From: Candidatus Zhuqueibacterota bacterium
Lineage (GTDB): Bacteria > Zhuqueibacterota > Zhuqueibacteria > Thermofontimicrobiales > Thiofontviventaceae
Assembly (NCBI GenBank): GCA_016926625.1
Contig: JAFGOE010000013.1
Location: 79,587 to 143,586, forward strand
Length of the DNA: 64,000 nt
Reading direction: 5' to 3'
In this document: in pieces, positions 58,110 through 64,000 of the stretch
Position numbering within the stretch: the first letter of the stretch is position 1
Layout of the letters: every line of letters starts with the position of its first letter
Notes under the pieces: generated by a model
Seen by the model: the letters and a program-made list of their open reading frames with translations, nothing else
The model's database searches: none
What the model was told of the DNA's origin: nothing
Position numbers and translations under genes: made by a program

Positions 58110-58628
58110 TCAAAAAATCAGCCACATTCCTAATTCTGCAGAAATAAAACCTAACACGATCCCTGCTAAAACATCAAGAGGATAATGAACACCCAAATAT
58201 ATTCTGGAAAATCCCACCAGGCCTGCCCAACTCCAAAGCGGGATTTGTAAGAATGGTAAGAATTCACCGGCGATATTAGCGAACAGAAAAGCACCAGCGG
58301 TATGACCCGATGGGAAACTGTATCGATCCGGAGGACGTATTAAACTCGATACTCCCGGCAATCGATCGAACGGTCGTCCCCGTTTTACCCAGTGTTTTGT
58401 GACCTTCTGAATGAAAATCTCCAGAGAGAAGGCAATTAAACCGGCTAAAAATAATTTGAACGATAAGGGATCCTTTGAAAATAGTAATAAAATACTTGCG
58501 ATACCGTAAATAAAACCGTCACCACTCCTGGATAACCAATAGACGATATTGTCTATCATTCTGCGTCCGTTCCAACTGAATATGTGTTGAAATAAGAATA
58601 TATCAAATTTGTAAATGTATTCCCACAT
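58110..58628 (-). CDS. PAP2-family membrane phosphatase
   Basis: Tripartite PAP2 motif: KHWVKRGRP, PSGH and SRIYLGVHYPLD. Confidence 0.85.
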   Translation of the reverse strand: MWEYIYKFDIFLFQHIFSWNGRRMIDNIVYWLSRSGDGFIYGIASILLLFSKDPLSFKLFLAGLIAFSLEIFIQKVTKHWVKRGRPFDRLPGVSSLIRPPDRYSFPSGHTAGAFLFANIAGEFLPFLQIPLWSWAGLVGFSRIYLGVHYPLDVLAGIVLGFISAELGMWLIF

Positions 58629-58966
58629 GTCAATTTATCTCATATAAATGATCAATTTATTTAGATAAAGTATACATCATCAAAGTAAAATTATGATGAA
58701 ATCTATATTAAATTTATGTTAAGATGAAAAAAAATTAGTTGCATTCGCACCATGGTCATCAGTTTTGCAGTAAAACGGAGATCAAATCCGTTCACGATCC
58801 GATATATAATCACATGCAAGCCTGATTATGCACGTTGAAAAAGAGACTAATTCTTATTAATATAAAGAAAAACATCGTTAAATCCAAACATATTCTGAAA
58901 ATAAAAGAATCAATCGTTCGGCTTCCTCATAACGGTCGTTTCGTTCTTAATTTTGGAACAATAGAC

Positions 58967-58995
58967 TTGAATTTCAGTAAAAAATTTCTTAATAT
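58967..58995 (+). promoter_or_regulatory. Putative sigma70-type promoter of the alkaline phosphatase gene (TTGAAT-17-TAATAT)
   Basis: TTGAAT at 58967-58972, a 17-nt spacer, and TAATAT at 58990-58995, about 80 nt upstream of the ATG at 59075. Confidence 0.35.
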
Positions 58996-59074
58996 AGAAG
59001 TAATCGTATTCGTGGATAAATGAAAACATATTAATTATATTGATCATTTTAAAAATAATTAAGATCGTTGAGGA

Positions 59075-60448
59075 ATGCATATGAAAAATCTATTAAAAAT
59101 GATTTTATTGCTGGGTGTCTTGTCATGGATGAATCTGATCGAGACCCCAATTTATTCTCAGGTAGACAACGCCCCTAAAAACGTGATTTTAATGATTATC
59201 GATGGTTGTAGTTACTATCATGTTGACGCTGTCAGTTATTATGAACACGGTGAAAAGGGAGCTCAAATTTACGAGCAATTCCCGGTTCAATTAGCGATGA
59301 GCACATACAATATAAATAGAAGCTATGATGCAGATAAAGCCTGGAGCGACTTCGATTATGTGAAAGAGAAACCCACCGATTCCGCTGCTGCTGCGACGGC
59401 GATGTCGACCAGTGTGAAGACGGTCAGGGGGTACCTGGGAGTAGACGAAAAAAATCAACCGTTGGAACTGATCACCGAGCGGATGGAGAAGCATGGTAAA
59501 TCCACCGGTGTCGTCACCACCGTCCCCATCAGCCACGCAACCCCGGCCGGATTTGTCGCTCATCATAATAATCGAGGCGACTATGCGATCATAGCCAATC
59601 AAATGCTTAGAGACAGCAAGGTCGATGTCATCATCGGCGCCGGACATCCGTTTTACGACGATAACAGTGTCGAAGTAGACACCCCTGAATACCGATACGT
59701 GGGGGGCAAAGATACATGGGACTTACTCGTAGATAAAAAGCTGGGAAATAATGCTGATAACGATGAAGAGATCGAGTACTGGCAACTGATCACCGAGAAA
59801 GAGGAGTTCAAACGCTTGATGAGTTGTCCTACTCCGGAACGTATCTTCGGTGTTTTTAAGACTCGTAGCACACTGCAGCAAGGTCGATCAGGAGATGCCT
59901 CAGCTGACCCGTACGCCGTCCCCCTAACAAAGGATCTTCCAGAATTATCCGAACTTTCGTTAGCCGCTATCAATGTGTTAGATAATAATCCCAATGGTTT
60001 CTTCCTGATGATCGAAGGAGGAGCAGTCGACTGGGCCAGTCATGCAAATCAATCAGGGAGAATGATCGAAGAGCTTATGGACTTCAACAAGACAGTCAAT
60101 CAATTAGTCGCATGGGTCGAAGAAAACAGCAGTTGGGATGAAACGCTTCTGATGATAACGGAAGATCATGAATGCGGTTATCTGACCGGGCCCCTGTCGG
60201 GTACGAATTACACGGCTGAGGGTGATTCGGGAAAACCCCAATGGGCACCCATCGTCAATAATGGAAAAGGCGTTCTTCCGGGAATGGAATGGCATAGTAA
60301 TAATCATACCAACTCATTGGTTCCGTTTTACGCAAAGGGTGTCGGGAGTGAACTGCTGAGCGAATACGCCGATGAGCAAGATCCGGTCAGAGGTAGCTAT
60401 ATAGACAACACAGAGATCACAGAGTTATTATTTTCCCTTTACCCGTAA
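59075..60448 (+). CDS. Alkaline phosphatase (PhoA family), secreted
   Basis: Signal peptide. Metal/nucleophile motifs ILMIIDG and TDSAAAATAMSTSVKT (D-S-A active-site serine). ...VTT..ISHATPA..., ...EGG.VDWA.H.N, and ...EDHECG. Confidence 0.9.
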   Translation: MHMKNLLKMILLLGVLSWMNLIETPIYSQVDNAPKNVILMIIDGCSYYHVDAVSYYEHGEKGAQIYEQFPVQLAMSTYNINRSYDADKAWSDFDYVKEKPTDSAAAATAMSTSVKTVRGYLGVDEKNQPLELITERMEKHGKSTGVVTTVPISHATPAGFVAHHNNRGDYAIIANQMLRDSKVDVIIGAGHPFYDDNSVEVDTPEYRYVGGKDTWDLLVDKKLGNNADNDEEIEYWQLITEKEEFKRLMSCPTPERIFGVFKTRSTLQQGRSGDASADPYAVPLTKDLPELSELSLAAINVLDNNPNGFFLMIEGGAVDWASHANQSGRMIEELMDFNKTVNQLVAWVEENSSWDETLLMITEDHECGYLTGPLSGTNYTAEGDSGKPQWAPIVNNGKGVLPGMEWHSNNHTNSLVPFYAKGVGSELLSEYADEQDPVRGSYIDNTEITELLFSLYP

Positions 60449-60613
60449 TCATCAAAAGAAAATATGAAGAAGAGCAGCTATACCTTTTAGTATTTAACTG
60501 CTGAAACGTGATATTACAGGACGGGGAATCTAACAAAGTGAAACCGGCCACGACCGGAACATTTAGTCGCTTTATCAAGTAACAACAGTGAGTTGACCAT
60601 CTAGTAAACATCT

Positions 60614-60712
60614 TACCAACAGGTGGGGGTGCTTGTAAAGAAAAATTTTACAGGCTGAGAACACACCCCTTGAACCTGAACTGGGTAATGCCAGCGAAGG
60701 GAATCAGGTTAT
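60614..60712 (+). promoter_or_regulatory. TPP (THI-box) riboswitch
   Basis: Conserved core GGGGUGC...(P3 hairpin cuuguaaag..uuuuacagg)...CUGAGA.ACACCCCUUGAACCUGA.CUGGGUAAUGCCAGCGAAGGGAA matches the TPP aptamer consensus. It is followed by a terminator and thiamine genes. Confidence 0.9.
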
Positions 60713-60737
60713 CAAATAGAGGGTATTTTAATCAATT

Positions 60738-60768
60738 AACCGTTCCGATGCTGGAACGGTTTTTTTTT
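60738..60768 (+). terminator. Intrinsic terminator forming the expression platform of the TPP riboswitch
   Basis: aaccgttcc-gatgct-ggaacggtt hairpin followed by T9. The GGAGGA Shine-Dalgarno and the ATG at 60786 lie just downstream. Confidence 0.8.
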
Positions 60769-60785
60769 GATTGGAGGATTGAATA

Positions 60786-61844
60786 ATGGCTTCTGAATTA
60801 CCGCAGATCGGTAAAGTTTCGGCCGATATATTTAACGAGATCATCTTACCCTATTTGGGAAGAAAGAGAAAATCTGTACTAATCGGACCCCGTAATGGAG
60901 TCGATGTCGGTGTGGTTGATATCGGTAATGACCAGGTTATGATAACGACGACGGATCCGATCTTCGTCGTGCCTCCATACGGATGGGAGCGTTCAGCCTG
61001 GTTTGCCGTTCATATTTTGGCATCTGATGCGGTCACCGCTGGGATAATGCCGCAATACATCACGTTCGATCTGAATTTACCGCTGTCAATCACTAAAGAC
61101 GAATTTGAGATTTTATGGCAGGTAATGCATCGGGAATGTGATCAGATTGGCATGTCGATCATCTCGGGTCACACGGGACGCTACGAGGGCAGTAACTATC
61201 CGATGATTGGTGGTGCCACGGTGATCGCCATCGGGTCGAAAAATGATTACATCACCCCGACCATGGCCCGACCCGGCGACGTGGTTATCATCACCAAAGG
61301 CGCTGCTATTGAGGCCTCTGGTCTTTTTGCGGCTACCTATCCTGATCGAGTGGCTGCTGCATACGGCGAACAAGCAGCTAAAGAGAGTGAAGAGCTGTTC
61401 TGGCAAATGTCTGTTGTGAAGGATGCCCAGGTTTCCATCCAGGCCGGCGTAAGAGACAACGGCGTTACGGCGATGCATGATGCGACTGAGTGTGGTATTT
61501 GGGGAGGGCTCTATGAAATAGCACAAGCTTCAGGAGTAGGACTCGCGATTGATAAACAGAAAATCATCGTTCAGGACGTTGTGTCAAAGATTTGCGAACT
61601 CTTTAAAATCGATCCCTATTCCTCAATCAGCGAAGGGACGCTCATCATGACCAGCAGACCTCATAAGGCGCAGGAGATTTTACAACGTCTTCACGATGAG
61701 AATATTCCAGCCAGTGTGGTAGGTGAAATTGTCGATCAGAGCAACGGCATGTACTATTTTGATGATCATAAGAAAATAAAACTGGTTCACCCGCAAGTCG
61801 ATCCTTTTTGGGGCGCTTTCGGAAAAGCCGCCGAAGGGAAGTAA
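60786..61844 (+). CDS. AIR-synthase-related (PurM/HypE/ThiL superfamily) ATP-utilising protein of unknown specificity
   Basis: N-domain ...GVDVGVVDIG.DQVMITTTDP.FV.P.....SAWFAVHILASD..T.G..P.Y....L.LP and ...IISGHTG, then a C-domain ...GD.VI.TKG..IE..., ...AMHD.TE.G.. and ...SEGTL. This pattern is typical of the PurM-like fold (HypE-like). Confidence 0.7.
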   Translation: MASELPQIGKVSADIFNEIILPYLGRKRKSVLIGPRNGVDVGVVDIGNDQVMITTTDPIFVVPPYGWERSAWFAVHILASDAVTAGIMPQYITFDLNLPLSITKDEFEILWQVMHRECDQIGMSIISGHTGRYEGSNYPMIGGATVIAIGSKNDYITPTMARPGDVVIITKGAAIEASGLFAATYPDRVAAAYGEQAAKESEELFWQMSVVKDAQVSIQAGVRDNGVTAMHDATECGIWGGLYEIAQASGVGLAIDKQKIIVQDVVSKICELFKIDPYSSISEGTLIMTSRPHKAQEILQRLHDENIPASVVGEIVDQSNGMYYFDDHKKIKLVHPQVDPFWGAFGKAAEGK

Positions 61845-61881
61845 TTTATCTGTAGAATGAAACGTAGACGGAGAGTTTCCA

Positions 61882-62574
61882 ATGTGTAATTTTTATGCAG
61901 AGATACGATTAAAGACCGAACCCATATGGCAAAAAATTCAGAATCATCCGTTTGTTATGGGAATCGGTGATGGTACACTGAGCAAAGATCGCTATGATTT
62001 TTTCTTGCGACAGGACTACCTGTATCTGATGAGCCTCAGCCGATTTTACGCACTCGGCGCGGCGAAGGCTCCGACTCTTGAAGATATGACCTATTTTTCA
62101 TCGTTACTTCACACCACGCTGCACGTGGAAATGGAGTTGCATCGCAGGACTTGCGCGGCATTCGGGATAGTGTCGGATGAATTAGAAAACACACAACCCG
62201 CGTTTGTAACGGAGTCGTATACAAACCTGTTGTTGAGAACCGGGTATGAGGGAACATTCGCTGACGGTCTGGCCGTTCATCTGCCATGCACGACCGGCTA
62301 CGTGGAAATCGGGAAGTTACTCAAGACCAGAGGATTACCCGACCATACATTTTATCATGACTGGATAAATACCTACTCTTCCCGCGAATTCGAAGAATAT
62401 GCCATGTGGCTGATCGAACGGTTCAATAAAGCCGCTATTGACGCGTCGAAAAGGCAACGGGAACGATGGTTTATTTTATATCAAACGAGTCTCAGGCTTG
62501 AATATTATTTTTTCGAAATGAGCTGGAAAAAAGAGCTCTGGCCTGAGGGATTGTCGGAATTTTCATGTTTATAA
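61882..62574 (+). CDS. tenA: Thiaminase II / aminopyrimidine aminohydrolase (TenA family)
   Basis: ...HPFV.GIGDGTL....F.F.L.QDY.YL, the active-site Cys context LPCTTGY.EIG, and C-terminal ...E..FF. Riboswitch operon context. Confidence 0.85.
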   Translation: MCNFYAEIRLKTEPIWQKIQNHPFVMGIGDGTLSKDRYDFFLRQDYLYLMSLSRFYALGAAKAPTLEDMTYFSSLLHTTLHVEMELHRRTCAAFGIVSDELENTQPAFVTESYTNLLLRTGYEGTFADGLAVHLPCTTGYVEIGKLLKTRGLPDHTFYHDWINTYSSREFEEYAMWLIERFNKAAIDASKRQRERWFILYQTSLRLEYYFFEMSWKKELWPEGLSEFSCL

Positions 62575-62575
62575 A

Positions 62576-63244
62576 ATGTTGAGAGGCATGCAATCGATGA
62601 ATATAAAAGATGCGATCAAAGGATGGGACGTCTATGTCATTACTGATGAAACACTGGCCAATGGCAGATCGAACGTGGACATCGCCAGAGCGGCATTAGA
62701 TGGTGGAGCCAGAGTAATCCAACTCAGAGATAAAGTCGCCTCCAGTCACAAACTCTACCATGATGCAATCGCTATACGTCGACTGACGCGGCAAGCTGGT
62801 GCAACGTTCATCGTGAATGACAGGCTTGATATTGCACTGGCATCAGATGCAGATGGATTGCACATTGGTCGCAAAGACCTGCCTGCACAGATCGTCAGGA
62901 AATTTTTAGGCGTCGAAAAAATATTGGGAATCTCCGCAGCTTCATTGGAAGAAGCAGAAGATGCATACAGACAATCTGCCGATTATCTGGGCGTCGGACC
63001 CGTTTTCGAAGCGAGGCAAACAAAATCCGATGCAGATCCTCCGATTGGATTGGAGAATCTAAAGTTAATATCGAACTTGATTCATCTTCCGATCGTCGCC
63101 ATCGGTGGGATCAACACACACAACATAAACGACGTAATAACAGCAGGCGCAGGTTCAGTGGCGATTATCTCTGCTATCGTCACCGCAGAAAATATCGCTG
63201 ATGCCACTCACCAATTAATCCGGAAGATGAAACATGGTACATAA
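62576..63244 (+). CDS. thiE: Thiamine-phosphate synthase
   Basis: ...VYVITDE........, GARVIQLRDK, FIVNDR.DIAL...ADG.H.G..D.P, ...GIS, ...ADY.GVGP.F.., ...PIVAIGGI. Confidence 0.9.
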   Translation: MLRGMQSMNIKDAIKGWDVYVITDETLANGRSNVDIARAALDGGARVIQLRDKVASSHKLYHDAIAIRRLTRQAGATFIVNDRLDIALASDADGLHIGRKDLPAQIVRKFLGVEKILGISAASLEEAEDAYRQSADYLGVGPVFEARQTKSDADPPIGLENLKLISNLIHLPIVAIGGINTHNINDVITAGAGSVAIISAIVTAENIADATHQLIRKMKHGT

Positions 63245-64000
63245 CCGACAAACTATCGGTGATATAGGAGAATTTGGACTCATAGAAAAGATTAAAACAT
63301 TGATTCCCCAATTTCCGACGAACGACATCGTCTTACATATCGGCGATGACACCGCGGCGATTAAAATCGATGAGGGTAAGTTGCTGCTTGTCACATGTGA
63401 TATACAACTCGAGAAACAGCATTTTTATCTTGAACATACCACACCCTACAACCTCGGCAGACGGGCGATGTCGATAAATCTCAGCGACATCGCAGCAATG
63501 GGAGGAAGACCGACCTATGCCTTGATTTCTCTCGGACTACCGGCTCGTTTTTCATATCAAGATTTCAAGGATCTTTATCAAGGTTTCATCGATCAGAGCA
63601 TAAAATATGATTCGATCATTGTCGGAGGAAATATTACCAGATCGGAATCCTGTGTTGTTATCGACATCACACTGATGGGAGAGATTGAGCCCGACCGATT
63701 GATCAGACGCGATGGGGCACAGGTTGGCGACCGAATCTACATAACGGGTGATCCCGGGTTTTCAGGTGCAGGTCTTCAGATATTAGGACGATTTGGCAAC
63801 GATTACCCAAAGGACCTGGCACCGTTCGTCGATAAACATCTTAATCCGGAACCACGTGTGACAACGGGTCGGGAGATTTCGATGAGGAGGATAGCTAATT
63901 CGATGATCGATGTCAGTGATGGGATAGCGAGTGATTTGAACCATATTTGCGAAGCGAGCGGTACAGGAGCCGTCTTATATATCGATAGACTTCCGGGTCG
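63234..64000 (+). CDS. thiL: Thiamine-monophosphate kinase (5' part; runs off the window end)
   Basis: Not in the supplied ORF track because it is open-ended. My translation from the ATG at 63234 is MVHNRQTIGDIGEFGLIEKI...HIGDDTAAIKI..GKLLLVTCD...E..HF......P..LG.RAMSINLSDIAAMGG.P.YALISLGLP, the canonical ThiL N-terminus. It overlaps the thiE stop by 11 nt. Confidence 0.85.
   Translation, partial: MVHNRQTIGDIGEFGLIEKIKTLIPQFPTNDIVLHIGDDTAAIKIDEGKLLLVTCDIQLEKQHFYLEHTTPYNLGRRAMSINLSDIAAMGGRPTYALISLGLPARFSYQDFKDLYQGFIDQSIKYDSIIVGGNITRSESCVVIDITLMGEIEPDRLIRRDGAQVGDRIYITGDPGFSGAGLQILGRFGNDYPKDLAPFVDKHLNPEPRVTTGREISMRRIANSMIDVSDGIASDLNHICEASGTGAVLYIDRLPG

Noticed and set aside
58629-59074. 446-nt AT-rich intergenic region with a 62-aa ORF (58835-59023). 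Considered as a possible small gene, IS remnant or Pho-box region.
   Set aside because: The ORF is Lys/Ile/Asn-rich with a TTG-type start and no Shine-Dalgarno. I could not identify inverted terminal repeats or convincing direct-repeat Pho boxes. The region is most simply a divergent promoter region for the PAP2 operon and the alkaline phosphatase gene.
1-64000. Window-wide search for CRISPR arrays, tRNA/rRNA genes, IS elements, integrases, prophage genes, toxin-antitoxin or known defence systems (RM, CBASS, retrons, and so on).
   Set aside because: I found none by eye. There are no regularly spaced direct repeats, no tRNA T-loop/acceptor structures outside coding genes, no reverse transcriptase, recombinase or nuclease-helicase defence signatures, and no obvious compositional island. 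The GGTTCGA-like strings at about 21101 and 48501 lie inside well-supported CDSs.

Overview
This 64 kb bacterial chromosomal window has about 43-45% GC, is densely coding, and carries mostly housekeeping and envelope genes. I found no rRNA, tRNA, CRISPR array, transposase, integrase or phage genes. Strong GGAGG Shine-Dalgarno sites, TTGACA-17-TATAAT-like promoters, T9SS/FlgD-Ig-like sorting-domain sequence, TSP3-OmpA proteins and a CarboxypepD_reg TonB receptor suggest a non-Bacteroidia member of the FCB group (Calditrichota, Ignavibacteriota or Marinimicrobia-like). That taxonomic call is low confidence.

Content in order:
- Two tandem OmpA/thrombospondin-repeat outer-membrane paralogs.
- An AmpG-family permease with a roughly 200-aa inserted loop domain.
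- A minus-strand block of Era GTPase, SpoIID/LytB, an alkaline-phosphatase-superfamily metalloenzyme and a BFN/UVR nuclease.
- A complete 7-gene Mrp (mrpABCDEFG) cation/proton antiporter operon.
- xth and cydAB.
- A large CBM9/DUF5916-like outer-membrane protein, an MDR quinone oxidoreductase and glgC.
- A TPM / nucleotidyltransferase / LemA module.
- cstA followed by a TatT-like TPR lipoprotein and a TRAP DctP-type binding protein, with no DctQM.
- A nitroreductase, a GlcD-like FAD oxidase with a fused Fe-S tail, and glycerate kinase.
- A Tat-exported PaoABC-like molybdenum aldehyde oxidoreductase.
- A class II photolyase.
- A 9-gene carotenoid operon: cyclase, crtD-like, crtI, crtB, acyltransferase, GT2, cruF-like and crtW, headed by an unknown secreted protein. 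It predicts a monocyclic keto-carotenoid acyl-glycoside.
- A divergently transcribed CarH/LitR-like regulator whose cobalamin-ligand residues appear to be replaced, followed by a TonB-dependent receptor.
- A FabK/NMO-like gene and a 641-aa secreted protein with an internal sorting-like domain.
- GT4 and PAP2 genes, and an alkaline phosphatase.
- A TPP-riboswitch-controlled operon: AIR-synthase-like gene, tenA, thiE and thiL (truncated at the window end).

The best candidates for undescribed biology are:
- the light/carotenoid island with the degenerate CarH-like regulator;
- the riboswitch-controlled PurM-superfamily paralog in the thiamine operon;
- the cstA-tatT-dctP arrangement;
- the TPM-NTase-LemA module.

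All functional calls rest on motif recognition by eye. No database searches were run.
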